Shown here: positions 24,881 to 37,795 of the stretch, one piece after another | Layout of the letters: every line of letters starts with the position of its first letter | Numbering within the stretch: the first letter of the stretch is position 1 | Assembly: GCA_024137785.1 (NCBI GenBank) | Contig: JAHRHZ010000087.1 | Location: forward strand, 17,037,205-17,101,204 | Length of the DNA: 64,000 nt | From: Ginglymostoma cirratum | Taxonomy: Eukaryota | Direction of reading: 5' to 3' | Notes under the pieces: generated by a model | What the model saw: the letters and a program-made list of their open reading frames with translations, nothing else | Told to the model about the DNA's origin: nothing | The model's database searches: none | Position numbers and translations under genes: made by a program

Positions 24881-25939
24881 TGAATTTCCATCCTTCTCTC
24901 ACTTTCAGCTAGGCCATCTCTGATTCTTCCCTTCTTTTCCTTGACTTCACTTTCTATTTCTGGGGATAGTATGTCCACCAATATCCATTACTAGCCCACT
25001 GACTCCCACAGTTACCTCACACACTGCCTCCTATAAAGATCCCATTCCATTATCCCATTTGTCCATTTCTGTCACATCTGTGCCGACAATGCAACTTCCA
25101 CCAATGTGACTCTGGCACGTCCTCCTTTTCCCTCAACCAAGTATCCCCCATCCTCCACTGTGATTGGACACAGTAGAAGGCCCTATCAATGTATCTGATG
25201 CACTTCTGCCCTCACTCTTTCACCTCCCTCCCAAATAAATCTCCTCTTTATCCTCACTTCCCACTTCACCTGTTTCCCCATTCAAAGGATTATCTTCCTG
25301 CCACTTCCACCATGTCCAGCAGGATACCAACACCAAGCACATCTTTCTCTCCCCTCCACTGTCAGTATTCTGCAGAGACTATTTTCTTGGTGACACTCCG
25401 GTCCACTCCTCCATTACTCCTAAAACTTCTTTACTCCCCCATTGCACCTTCCCATGCATTCACAGAAGGTGTAACACTTGCCCACGCATCTCCTTCCTCC
25501 TCACTATCCAAGGCCCTTCACAACCTTTCAGATGAAGCAGCATTTAACTTGTCCTTATCACAATCTAGCCTACCGTATTTGCTACTCAAAACTCTATCAC
25601 CTTTACACTGCTAAGACTCAATGCAGAATGGTGACTGCTTTGCGGAAGACCTCTGCTCTGTCCATAGGAATGACTCCTCTATTCTAGTTGCTTGTCATTT
25701 CAAAAAAAAATCTTGTTACCTTACTAACATTTCCATTCTTGGTCTGCTACAGTATTTCAATGAAACTCAATGTAAGCTGGAGGAACAAAACCTTATTTTC
25801 CACTTAGGCATTATACAGCCTCCAGTACTCAATATTGAGTTCCACAACTTCAGAGTTTGACCACTGCACTCCATGTTTCTTAGATTCTCCACTTCTCAAA
25901 GCTATGCCTTATTTGTTTCCTGACTTACCACCATCATCA

Positions 25940-26167
25940 GTGGTGGGCGTGTGGAATGCCAGCAGTGGTAGTGGACTCAGATGCTTTAGAGACTTTTAAA
26001 CGACTCTTGGATAGGCACACGGAAGGTAGTAAAATGTAGGGAATGCAGGGTAGATTGACCTTAGTAGGATAATAGATCGGCACAACATCGTGGGCTGAAG
26101 GGCCTGTACTGTGGTGTACTGTTCTATGTTCTATGTTCTATGTTCTATGTTCTATGTTCTATGTTCT
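25940..26167 (+). mobile_element. CR1 3' end with (ATGTTCT)n tail
   Basis: GTGTGGAATGCC...GGGCTGAAGGGCCTGTACTGTG followed by ~6 ATGTTCT units (~26119-26167). Confidence 0.9.
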
Positions 26168-26554
26168 ACCACTGCCTTTGTCTCTTGCTCTGGATTCTCA
26201 ATCATTTCCACTTTCTCCTCTTCCTCCTCTGTCTACAGCATTAAAACTACCACTTCCAGCTCTTTATCTTTCTGAAAAAGAGTAATGATGGAATGAAAAT
26301 ATTAACTCTTTTACTCTCACCAAAAATGCTGCCAGATCTGTTAGTTTCTTCAGCACTTTCAGTTTTTATTGCATAATTAATGAAGCAAGTTTGGCAAGAC
26401 AGAGCAACAGAATACAACAGGTCTCAAGGTGAAAAACCTTAAAAAAAATGATGCCATGTGAAAGTTTCAGCACTTGGTGTCTTTCCTTCTATCCTTCTCT
26501 AATTAACATTACTCCATTTTCATCTGAATAATGTCAACAGTGATGTCTTACTGA

Positions 26555-27500
26555 AGCCTCCAGTTTTGTTATGACTGAGATGGGAGAAGTGCACCTTCTT
26601 TTCTAGTCCTAATACTTTGAGACACAACATAAATTTAAAAGTTTTATTCAGTTTCCGATATGGCCCGACACAGACTTCCCATGTTGTAAACGTAGATCCA
26701 TTGACTGGGTTTCATTAATAAACACAAAAATATACATGTATTGTAAATCAAAACTTACTTCACAACTTACTCTTTAATATATAAAAAAAATGTTTAACGT
26801 ACTCACGCAGTCTTTGTAGAGATTCACTTAAAAAAAGCATTTTTGGCGAATAAGTCTAATTCTTGAAGACAAATAGGATAAGGTTTAACAAGTTCAGTTG
26901 GTTGTTGGACTGATGTTCTGCTACATAACTATGGATGTTGCTGAAAGCATGTGATTGACATTGGGACCTATGCCAACGTTGGTTAGAAAATATTGACAAT
27001 CCGTTTCTCAGGCAAAAACTGAAAGAACTGCGGAGGCTGTAACTCTGAAACAAAAACAGAAATTGCTGGAAAACCTCAGCAGGTCTGGCTGGATCTGTGG
27101 AGAGAAATCAAAGTTAACTTTGTCACTTAACCCGAAATGTCCACTCTGATTTCTCTTCACAGATGCTGCCAGACCTGCTGAGCTTTTCCAAAAACTTCTG
27201 TTTTTGTTTCTTTCTCAAGCAGTTTTTCGATGAGAGCAGCTGAGCAAGGTCTCCCGGTAATTCAGAAAACCTGCCACAAGGATTTTTTTTCCAGAAAAAC
27301 AAGAGAACTGAGTTTGCAAGCTTCTTCCTTTCAGCAGGCTTCTCCTCAACTATGTCAAATGATATCCAAAGCAGAAACCAGAGCCATCTGACTGTCATAA
27401 ACCCATGCAAATGGTCTCCAATAAAAAAGCAGTTATCACAGGACATACAACTATTGAGAACTACCTTGTTAAAAAAGTTCTAATGTACCTGCATTGACTT
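26555..27500 (-). mobile_element. Putative Gypsy-type LTR with PBS-like start
   Basis: Minus strand reads ...GTCATAACA then AAACTGGAGGCTTC (LTR end followed by TGG); composition resembles the other putative LTRs. Confidence 0.45.
27012..27210 (-). mobile_element. Head-to-head palindromic mini-element, family B, hammerhead core largely deleted
   Basis: Inverted arms AAACAGAAATTGCTGGAAAACCTCAGCAGGTCTGG / CCAGACCTGCTGAGCTTTTCCAAAAACTTCTGTTT; TSD-like TTTCTCAGGCA / TTTCTCAAGCA; tail on the left arm only. Confidence 0.85.
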
Positions 27501-27824
27501 CTTTAAACACAAAAAAGCCAAGATATTTGATATTCTTCAAGCTGAAGTCACCAAATATTTTAGATATGAAACCTTCAAAACAGTGTTTGGATGATGTGCC
27601 TGGCATAGCCAAAAAGGTGGCCTGTGCAAAGTCAGTGAGAGATGGATATGAGGCATGCAGGAGTGGTAAGTGTGTGAGGGTTAGGTTGAGTAACTGGATA
27701 TGAGTTGTGCCGTCTGAGAGCCAAGGAGTGTTAATGTATGAATGACGGTGGTGAGTTGCGTTGTGCAGTGTGAGGGACAGGCGGCATGGTGGATAAAAGA
27801 TATTATGTCAAGGTCTATTCTCTG

Positions 27825-28070
27825 ACCTTGACTGCCTCAATAAGGCAGTTAGACTTCTGGTGCTGTTGTCAAGTCCTTAGATACAGGTGACAGGCTATTA
27901 TCCCTCAGCCAGTGACTCCAATTCTGCTCAGAACTAGTTTTTGATAGTTCCTTGACACTCCTGCCCACAATGGAACCATGACCCCGGCATCGCTCCTCAT
28001 ATTCACTTCGACCTCCAATGCTGCATTCATTATCCTGGAACCATCTCTGTCCTGGTGTTTCATTTTGCAT
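27825..28070 (-). pseudogene. Harbinger Myb/SANT-like ORF remnant
   Basis: Across frames: MNAALEVEVNMR...RT*QQHQKSNCLIEAVKV, resembling RTWxQCRKKFNDL..VKV. Confidence 0.45.
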
Positions 28071-28629
28071 GTTTAGACAGTGCAGTAATATTTTTCAATT
28101 TGGGCTTCCCTTCCAGAGGGACAGATTGTTTTCTGGAAGAGCAGGATGTCTGCACCATGTGCTAATAGACCAAGGCAAATTGTACTGCTGCTGAATCCAG
28201 AGGCAGCTGGCAGGAAAGTGTCTCCCCAGAGCAAGGCAGGTGCTTGACCCTACAAAAGAATCATGGGTAATGAGGTGGGAATGACGCATTTATTTGCTAT
28301 GTACCTTCATAGGCTGATCTAAGCAGGTTGCATATTACAATAATCCCACACCTGAAAAATAAGGTAAGCTGACTTTCAACCCCAGATCCTGTAGCCACAC
28401 AGAAGCACGGTGATGGGTCTAAGTACTTCATGGAGGTTATTAAAAATGTAGTGGTAAACATGCACGCTCAAAATATCCCAAATTAAACTTGTTTGAACAG
28501 TGTATCTGGTGTGTGGACTAGTGTTTTTAGTAGTCACTAATAGTAATCTTCCTCATACCCTTTTATTTAGAACTGATTATACCCTGTTAGAGAAGGAAGA
28601 ACAAATATATGACCAACTATGGTTTTAAG

Positions 28630-29838
28630 GAGCCCTAACAAAATTGGAGTCAATGGGAATCATGGAAAAAGTCTCTTTGCTGGTTGGATTCATACTTAGC
28701 ACAAAGGAAGATGGTTGTGGTTATCTCGAGTCCAGGAAATCTCTGTAAGAGCTCCTCAGGTTTGTGCCCTAGGCCCAACCACCTTTAGTTGCTTTATCAA
28801 TGGCCTTCCCTCATTCGGATGTTCAGAAGTGGAAATGATTGCACAATAATCAGCATCATTCATGACTCTTCAGATATTGAAGCAGTCCCTGCCAAAATGC
28901 AACCACAATAGAAATTGCTGGAAAAACTCAGCAGGTCTGGCAGCATCTGTAGAGAGAAAGCAGGGTTAACATTTTGGGTTTGGTCACCCTTCTTCTGAAC
29001 TATGTCGAAATACAACAAGGCCTGGACAATATCCCAAATGGACAATGTCCAGACTTGGGCTGATAAATGGCAAGTAACATTCATATCACACATATGCTAG
29101 GCAACAATAATTTCCAATAACAGACAATCTAATCATTGCACCTTTACATTCAATAGTGTTTCTATCATTGTATCCCACTCTACCACATCCTGATGGTTAC
29201 CATTGACCAGAAATTGAATTGGACTCACCATAAAAATACAATGGAGACAGGAGCAGGTCAGAGGCTATGGATACTGCAACAAGTAACTCATCTTCTAACC
29301 CCCTAAAGCCTGTCTACCATCAACAAGGCTCAAGTCAGGAGTGCGATGGAATACTCCCTATCTACATGAAGAGTTCAGCCCTAACAACACTCAAACATCT
29401 CAAGAAACCCAGCTGGAAAAAAGTAGCCCCCTTGATTGGCACCACATCCACAAACATCACTCCCTCTACCGTGAACATTCAGTACCAGCAGCACGTACCA
29501 TCAATTAGATGCACTACAGAAATTCAGCCAGGATCCTGAGATGGTACCTTCCAACTCAAGGCCAGCACAATCTAGAAGGACAAGGGCAGCAAATACATGG
29601 AGACACCAACACCTGCAATTTTCCCTCCAAGCCACTGACCATCCTGACTTGGAAATGTATTGCCATTGCTTCTGTGTTGCTGGGTCAAAATCATGGAATT
29701 TCCTCCCTAACGGCATTGTGTATCTACCCTTGGCAACAGTTCAAGAAGGCATCTCACCACCACCTTCTCAAGGGGAATTAGGGATGGGCAATAAATCCCA
29801 ACCAGCGATGCCCACATTCCACAAGTAAATAAAAAAAT
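28630..29838 (+). mobile_element. CR1/L2-group LINE, degenerate RT 3' part and tail
   Basis: APQVCALGPTTFSCFINGLP (cf. VPQGSVLGPT.F.CFINDLP), WADKWQVTF; tail GGGATGGGCAATAAA...CCAGCGATGCCCACATTCC plus A-run. Confidence 0.85.
28905..29000 (-). mobile_element. Family B PLE-terminus mini-element nested in the LINE
   Basis: Reverse complement AGTTCAGAAGAAGGGTGACCAAACCCAAAATGTTAACC...CAGATGCTGCCAGACCTGCTGAG. Confidence 0.8.
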
Positions 29839-29899
29839 AGGCAGATTGACAGTGGTAGACAAGTAGCGAAAGAAAACAGAAGGGAAGCTTGCTTTTGTA

Positions 29900-30755
29900 T
29901 TGAGCAAAAACCATGGCTTTTTATGTTTCTGTATTTTTGGTTTTGGACTGAAATAGGAAAATAATTGTTTTAAAAACCAAGGATAGCTGAAGGATTACTA
30001 TATGTTCTGAAAGCGGGTAACAGAACACTCATAGCAAGTATTATTTATACTGCTGCTGGTTCAAACAGTAGTAGGTTTGCAGACAACTGTAGCTAAGGTC
30101 TGTGAACAAATGGAGATTTAGCCAGCAAAAAGTACCTGATTGGTCATTGGCCTAGTGACCAGTTATCGATGACAAGGGCCTTCAGCCTGCCAACAACTAT
30201 GCGATTGTCTGTCAGATAACTGAACAGCTTGGCACTCTGAACAAGATAATGAGAAGCCATTAGATCTCTACCTGTTCTCTGGGGTAAAATGCACATTAAA
30301 CCTGAAGAAAACCAATTTATTCTTCCTTCAGCAGATGCTGTAAGCTGTGACTTTTTCTTAATAAAGCAGAAACAATTTATAATTATGAGCCAGTCACCCT
30401 GCGTCTCCTGCTGACCAATGAAAGCATCCAGAGAAGGAATATAGAAAAACCCTCTGTCCATAACACTCAAGTTTTTCTCCCGCTGTCTGTGTCTGTTTGT
30501 GAGCATGTGTGAGGGAAATCAAAAGGGTTAGCTTTTCTATGCTGTCAGTTCATAATTGTTTACCTGTATCTATTTACTTGTAATAGGTAGTAATACTTGT
30601 TAAGTACAGAAATCTGGTCTATACTTTCTATTAACCTGCATCTGAAAATCAGGCAAATTGAGAATTTCTGCAATTTTTAAAAAATCTTTAACTTTTATTA
30701 CAACTCCAGGAATAATGGGGCTGATTTCCAGCACATTACTTTGGTGAGACAGAGC
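29900..30755 (+). mobile_element. Putative solo LTR
   Basis: Non-coding; layout resembles the putative LTRs at 22810, 34190 and 44050; no paired copy or TSD established. Confidence 0.35.
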
Positions 30756-30840
30756 AATAGCATTTATCATCATCACCTGATGTCACAAAGTGCATTCCAG
30801 CCATTGAAGTGTTGCTTGAAGTGCATTCACCATTGTTATG

Positions 30841-31074
30841 TCATAGAATCACAGAATCCCTACAGTGTAGAAACAGGCCCTTCGGCCCAACAAGTCCACA
30901 CTGACCTTCAGAGCATCCCGCCCAGATCCAGCCCCCTATAACCCACCTAATCTACACTATGGGCAATTTAGCATGGCCAATCCACCTAGCCTGTGCGTCT
31001 TTGGACTGTCGGAGGAAACTGGAGCACCTGGAGGAAACCCAAACAGACACGAGGAGAAAGTGCAAACTCCACAC
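30841..31074 (-). mobile_element. HE1-type SINE, 5'-truncated
   Basis: Reverse complement of the HE1 core and tail (GAATCCCTACAGTGTAGAAACAGGCCC...GTGCAAACTCCACAC). Confidence 0.9.
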
Positions 31075-31249
31075 ATTTTGAAATGTACAAAACATGGTAG
31101 TCAATTTGCAAATGGCAAACCCCCACAAACAGTATTGTGATAAAGACTAGATCATCTGTTTTTTGTGACATAGATTGAAAGGTAAATATTGGCCAGGATG
31201 CCAAAGAGAGTTCCACGTTTCTTCTTCAAAATAGTATCATGGAATCTGC

Positions 31250-31790
31250 TATACTGGCGTGTCCATAAGGACTGTCACTAACTTTTATAGATGCACCATA
31301 GAAAGCAGACTATCCTAGTGCACAACAGCCTGGTATGGCAACTGCTCTGCCAGGATGGTAAGAAACTACAGAAGGTGGTGTGCACAGTCCAGACAATCAC
31401 AGAAGCTAATCTTCCATCTATGGACTCCATTTACATGGCTCACTGCCATGGAAAGTCTGCCAACATAATGAAAGACCCATCGCACCCCGGTAATGATCTC
31501 CTCCATCAGGCAGACGATACAGAAACCTGCACACAGACACCAGCAGGTTCAAGAACATTTTCTTCCCTGCTGTTGTTAGATTAATGAATGGACTCTGTAA
31601 CTTCAAATAATGTTGATCTGTTAATGTTGATCTTGCCTTGCGTGCCTTGTGTGCACTGTAATCTGAATACTTCATTGTGTCTAAACACCCTATGCTCTGC
31701 ATGTCCTTGCTTACTATGATCTGCCTGTACTGCTCTCAAACAGAGCTTTTCATTTATCTAGGTACACATGACTGTAATAAATCACATCAA
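31250..31790 (+). mobile_element. Rex1/Babar LINE 3' fragment
   Basis: TNFYRCTIES...TAWYGNCSA..RKKLQKVVCTVQTI...KDPSHPG, typical Rex1 C-terminus; AATAAATCACATCAAA tail. Confidence 0.85.
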
Positions 31791-33499
31791 ATATCCACCC
31801 AAACAGGCAGACGAGACCTTAACCTAAAGCCAGCAGCTGTGACAGTGTAGTACTCCCTCAGTATTGTACTGTTAACCTTCATTTTTATGCTCAAGTTGTA
31901 GAATAAAGCTTAGGCCCAGAATCTTGTGACTCAGACATGGGAGTGCCACCAACTGAGTTCTGTGTGCTTGGATTAAGTACTTCAGCCACCAATGTGATTT
32001 GCATTTCTGACATCGATTTCAGCATAAATATTTTTAGCATTGGCACTGAGGCATTTTGTTGGAGTAACACTCTAAAAACCTAAGAAAAAAAACTAATAAA
32101 GCTACCCATGTTAACATACAAAACAATAACGTCCCACAGAATTAAAAATTTTTGTGTAGACTTCCCACTACGTTGTATTTTGTTGGTTCAGTCAAAAATA
32201 AACACAAACAAGCAGCTGAATGATGTCAATAGTGAACTGTGGTTTGACAGGAAATGCAAGCCGCAGCCCAAAAACGGGCAGCGTCAAGCCAAGTAATAAT
32301 ATTTATCAAAGACAGATAAATAAAATTGTAATGGCCTATTTATTTAAAGGGTCACTGAAAGCCACAAATGACGTTCTACACAGTACAATGTTTCAAAAAA
32401 GATCACCACAAAGAAGGAAATCTTTTTTTCAGCTGGGAGTTATATGTATGAGCCTGGCACAAAGGCAGATGGGGAAAATGAGAGGAGGAAATGATCAAAT
32501 TCAAAAACTTCATAATATTCTGGCACAGAAGGCTTGACATTTGAAAAATGCCTTTCTCTGTCAGTAAGCACAATGTTAGGAACTATTTGTTTTTCCACAG
32601 GGCTTTTATTCATTCATCCTATAAACATTGCTATGTATTTCTATCTTTAAAATGTGACTCAAAATTATTTTATTTTTCCCATCCCTTTTAGGTGAGTCTC
32701 AGTCAAATGGATGCAACCATACAAAGAGAGGCAGGGCGTTGAAGTAAATATTGAGGGACAGAATTGTACTCACACCAAGCTGACAGAGGTTGGGAGCTGC
32801 TGGCTCCCTAACACGATGTCGTTGTTGTCAGGATATTTTCCAGTAGCAGGAGCAAATGCAGAGAAACTGACTTCTCCAAGGAAATGAGCAACTAATTTGC
32901 ATAGTTAAAGGCCATATAAACACGTCCTTTCATTTGGATTATTTGAGAGCTGTTTTTATAGTGAAGGCAGGCTCTATGGCTCAATCAGCTCCCTGGAGGT
33001 GGATTGCCTCCAAAATTCTCCTGGCCTCCAAATACATGTTTCCAAACTTATCTGTCCAATCACCTGGTATCTTCTACATGCCTACGCACCCCTCTGATTG
33101 GGCTGGCAACATCAGGAACCTGCATGCCATCCTTCATTGGATGTTCAGCTAAGACGCAGCCAGTTCCAAGACCATCTGTGATGAAACAGGCAGACCAGTC
33201 CCAGCAGGTGTGGGCTCACAACTCACTTTTCATCCCAATGTCACAACCCTGAAGCCTGGGCTAAAACTCATGTCAATGTAATCAGAAGAATGGAACTCTT
33301 TCTCACAAAAAGCTGTAGAATCTATTTCAATTACTACTTTCAATAATGGATTTTTGCTGGATAAAAGAACAAAAGGATACGGAACCAAAGCTGATGTGTA
33401 GAGGGGCTGAATGGCATACCTTTCTTTCTTATATTATGTCTCCAAATAAATTTTCAACCACATATTCTAGTGGTGCTATCTTATGGTTTTTGTACTCTC

Positions 33500-33797
33500 A
33501 CAGAAATCACAGAAACCCTGTCGTGTGGAAGCAGGCCATTCAGCCCATTGAGTGTACACCAACTCTCTGAAGAGCAACCCACCCAGACTCACCTCCCGTC
33601 CTATCCCTGCATTTCCTATGGCCAATACCACCTAACCTGCACATCTTTGGACCGTGGGAGAAAACCAAAGCACCCAGAGGAGATCCACACAGGCACAGGG
33701 AGAATGTGTAAACGCCACACAAACAGTTACCCAAGGCTAGAATTGAACCTGGCTCCCGAGCCCTGTGAGACAGCAGTGCTAACCACTAAGCCACCCT
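33500..33797 (-). mobile_element. HE1-type SINE
   Basis: Reverse complement of HE1 ending GCAGTGCTAACCACTAAGCCACCC. Confidence 0.9.
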
Positions 33798-34189
33798 GAA
33801 CAGGCAAATATGAAAGTATGATACACGTTCCCATCTTCACCCAATCATCCACATTTCCAGCAAAGGTTACTAGAACTTAGTCAGATACCAAGAATTTTTT
33901 TTTTCCTTCCTAACCTTAGGAAATTGAAGCTAACTGTAGCATCACCTGCATATTGAAATTGGAATCTATATTTTTTTGCTGGTGGAAAAGTTTTTCCTCA
34001 AGCGTAGGCAGGAAGATACAAACTCATCATCAGCACAGTCCACAGATCCACCAGCAGACTCAGAGATCCAGACAGAACCTAAAAACAAAAATGGAACAAC
34101 AACAAGTACCACAGCAACAAGTGACATGGGAATGGCACTCCCTGGTGAAGAAGCATCAACTCGGTGAATAGCCAATGACAATGCACATT

Positions 34190-36100
34190 AAGAAAACAGC
34201 ATGGTTTAAGGATTAAGCATGCAATGTATATGTGCAGGCTAATGAGAACAGTTAATGCATGAGATGAGTCATGTTTATATTGTGTAATTTTTTCTGCATA
34301 TGTCTAGGAGTTTTAAAAGATGATTTGAATTTTAACTAGTAGAGCAACATGTTGATCATTTATATTTGCTTACTTGGAATTAGAATTTACTTATTTGTAA
34401 GGAGTAGATATTCTTGTCTAGTGTTTAAATCTGATCAGTGTTTTTGGTTACCTTGATTCCATCAGAGAGATAAATCAAGGACTTTGCACATTTGGATGAA
34501 ATCATTAACCATTGCCATGACTTTGGGAGTTGTAGGTCTTGAAAATCAATGCACTTTCCCAAATGGATTGAAACAATAGACTAGGGGCTCATCTGGGATC
34601 ATTTTGAAGCAGGCACATTGAGAATTTGGGAATGGTATTAATAAGTGATAACGACAGAGAAAGCAGGTTCATTTCTGAAAATAAGAAACTGAAAATTACT
34701 ATCCTTCAGGTGACAGAATTGTCCTTGACAGTTTTAAGTGAACTTGTAAAAAGCCAGATAATTGATTTGGCATGTAGGTTGGGTGGCTTGGCCTACTAAA
34801 GCTAAAATAACAAATATAATTGAAGCACCAACGTAGCACTTGGGTTTAGCAGAAATAAAAGAGTGACCAGGTATTCCAAATACTGAAAAACCGGAATGAG
34901 GTTATGGTTGAAGTAGCTTATGCATAAGCAAATTGAAGCAACTTGAAATTTTAAAGAAAGATAAATTTTCACAGGGAAGGAAAAGACAAAGAAATGTAAT
35001 GATAAAGATGGGAAATGGGAATGAGAAAACTAGAATTAGAATTGCAGAGGGAAATAGGAGAGAAAGGTATAGATTTTAAGCTAAAAATGTTGCAGTTAAA
35101 ATAGGAGATACCAGATGCTGATGCTTTGACATGGGGAATCCAAGAAATAATCTAAAAACTATTAGCAGCGGCATGGTGGTTCAGTAGCTAACACTGCTGC
35201 CTCACTGCACCAAGCAACCAGGTTCAATTCCAACTTTGGGCAACTGTCTGTGTGGAGTTTGCACATTCTCCCTGTGTCTGTGTAGGTTTCTTCCAAGTGT
35301 TCCAGTTTCCTTCCACAGTCCAAAGATGTGCAGGTTACATGGATTGGCCATGCTAAATTGCCTATAGTGTCCAGGGATGTGTAGATTAGCCTTTGGAGGG
35401 GTGGGAGTGTGAGTCTGGATGGGATGCTCTTTGGAAAGTCAGTGTTGGGTTGAATGGCCTGTTTCCACAAGGTAGGGCTTCTATTCATTCTAAAAATTTT
35501 GTTTTAAGTTTGTGCAAAAAGCCCTGCCAAAATTCAAGAAATGGAAGGTGGAGGCATTCTTTAAGTATTTTGAGAAAATAGCAAGATGATTGAATTGACC
35601 AAAGGGAATCTAGACATTGCCCATGCATAGTAAGCAGACAGGTCAAACACAGAAAAGTATCTTGGGATTATGATACTGTTAAAAAAAAAACAGGTATTGG
35701 CTATGTATGAGTTACTGCCTGAGGCATATGGGCAAAGATCTCAGAATTTAAGGAAACAGTCTAGGCAAACCTATACAATAGTCGCCTGGGGCACGGTGAC
35801 CCTCAGGTTAAACCACCACCAGTTTTCTCTCTCTCTCTTTCATGAGAGTAAAGCTTTATGGTCCGGTAGCACTATGGTGACCTTAAAAAAGACTTAGAAC
35901 TTTATTTTATTTCAGCCCAGCATGAGTCCCAAGGGATGCCTATTGCTGATACTGGGTAAGTTGCTGCCAAAGGGTGGTGGACGGGGATCCACACTTCTAT
36001 TAATCCCAAATGTCACATGACCTTTCCCAAAAGGCACTTGATTGCAATTATGTCTTTCAAAGGACTACCTTGCCTCTTCAAAGAACTCTACAAAGTTTAG
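34190..36100 (+). mobile_element. Decayed Gmr1-like Gypsy element: putative LTR, tRNA-Pro PBS and SCAN-like gag
   Basis: TAGGGGCTCATCTGGGAT (34582-34599) matches the tRNA-Pro PBS TGGGGGCTCGTCCGGGAT at 15/18; gag ALPKFKKWKVEAFFKYFEKIA and KKQVLAMYELLPEAYGQRSQNLRK. Confidence 0.8.
35164..35490 (+). mobile_element. HE1-type SINE inserted in Gypsy gag
   Basis: A box, B box GGTTCAATTCC, V-core and HE1 tail. Confidence 0.9.
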
Positions 36101-37159
36101 ACAATTTCTTTAAGCAAAGGGTTCAAGTCATGTTTTGGGGAACCCACAAAGGAAAACTGGATCCATTTGAAGGAAGTTGGATCCATTTGTGTAGCTGCCC
36201 CTGTGAACCTACAACTTATCCCAACCTCATGGCAAAAATGGTAGGTGTCAGGCTCAGGGCTAGGATGACCAGAATCCGGGCTTCATGCCAATCTGAGCTA
36301 AATCAGATCCATCTCTGCAAAAATTCAAACATTTTTTTGTCCCATCACCATTCACTTTGGCCTTGAAGACCATTTCTTCTTTTATTCAGTCTCTTCTGTC
36401 TTTCACCCAATCTACATAGCATTCTTACCCTATCCATCCTATGTCAGTTCAGATCCATGCCAGCCAGTAAAGCAAGAACCAAGACACTTTTCTTTGTGAA
36501 TAGTTTATCTGCTATTCAGTCTTATACCCACTACTGCCACCTGTTGTCCTTTTATAGCTACCCAGTTGATTAATTAATCGAAAAATAGAATCCCGAAGTG
36601 TAGAAGTAGGCTATTCAGCTCATCGAGTCCATACCGCCCCTCTGAAGAGTATCCCACCCAGAATAACCAATTATTCTGAGTTATGCACTTAACTACTTAA
36701 TTTATTAATGCCCTTTGCTCAGAACCTTTGATATTTCAATGTTTTCCCAGTTCTGAAATGTCATCGACATGTAACATGCAACATTTCTTAGATTTGTCCT
36801 TGGTCTTCTGGTTTTTCAAATTTTTGCCTGCCAAGTTGCTGACAATATCAAGTGATAGTGAACAGATCTGAGTGAACTGCGAAAGCAACTCTGCCTGTTC
36901 GTTCAAAGGATTGAGAATTCAACACACAAAGGTTCAGAAGGAATTGTATGTCAAAGTGGATAAGTTCGAGGCAGGTAGACAAAGAGAAATACAAAACAGG
37001 AGAGAAAAGTTTGTTTAAGAAAGGAACAGAACAAAAATGACAAGAGGGATTTCTTTTAAAAAAAGCTAAATTTAAAAGTATAAATTTTCACAACAACAAC
37101 AAAACATAAAACCTGAAAGAATAAGACTACGTGTCTGGTCCATTTTCTGTACCAGTGGG

Positions 37160-37795
37160 ATTTTTATTCTTTAATCATTCACAGGATGAGGATATCACTG
37201 GCAGGCAGCATTTATTGCCCATCCCTAATTGCCCAGAGGGCAGTTAAGAATCAACCACATTGCTGTGTGTCTGGAGTCACATGTAGGCCAGACCAGTAAG
37301 GATGGCAGTTTCCTTTCCTAAAGGACATTAGTGAACCAGATAGGTTTCTCCCAATAATCGGCAATGGATTTATGGTCATCAGGGGTGGCACAGTGGTTCA
37401 GTGGTTAGCACAGCTACCTCACAGCACCAGGGACCTGGGTTCAATTCCAACCTTGGGCAACTGTCTGTGTAGAGTTTGCACATTCTCCCCATGTCTGCGT
37501 TGGTTTGCTCCAGTTTCCTCCCACAGTCCAAAGATGTGCAGGCTAGATGGATTGGCTATGCTATAGTGCCCAGGGATGTGTGGGTTAGACATGGGGAATG
37601 GGCCCAGGTGGGATGCTCTTTGGAGAGGTGGTGGTGACTCGTTGGGCCAAATGGCCTGTTTCCATACTAAAGGGATTCTATGATTAGACTCTTAAGTCTA
37701 GATATTCATTGATTTGGGATTTGAACCTGCATCCCCAGAACATTATCTGGGTCTCTGGATTAATAATCCACTGATAATACCACTAGGCCATCAGC
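37160..37795 (-). mobile_element. tRNA-derived SINE with LINE-shared tail, split by HE1
   Basis: Matches 43500-43850, 48003-48375 and 59015-59350 (ATTTATTGCCCATCCCTAATTGCCC...TAATACCACTAGGCCATC). Confidence 0.85.
37382..37684 (+). mobile_element. HE1-type SINE
   Basis: GGGGTGGCACAGTGGTTCAGTGGTTAGCAC...GGGTTCAATTCC...GGGATTCTATGAT. Confidence 0.92.

Larger units (their letters stand above)
24470..26370 (+). mobile_element. Penelope-like element (Neptune-type), degenerate, with nested HE1 SINE and CR1 tail
   Basis: FVQYIDDVGAAS (RT); FQMKQHLTCPYHNLAYRICYSKL; GDCFAEDL...QCKLEEQNLIFHLGIIQPPVLNIEF (GIY-YIG); decayed terminus at 26270-26370. Confidence 0.85.
30755..31958 (-). mobile_element. Deu-domain SINE (SacSINE1/AmnSINE-like) split by HE1 and Rex1 insertions
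   Basis: Minus strand: tRNA-like head CTCAGTTGGTGGCACTC...TCTGAGTCACAAG; Deu core TATTTTGAAGAAGA...TCCTGGCCAATATTTACC; tail CACTTCAAG...CTTCAATGGCTG...GCACTTTG. Confidence 0.75.

Noticed and set aside
24444-24981. ORFs with CGRKPEHPEETHADTGR-type peptides (also 33470, 35162, 55102, 60703)
   Set aside because: Translations of HE1 SINE copies, not genes
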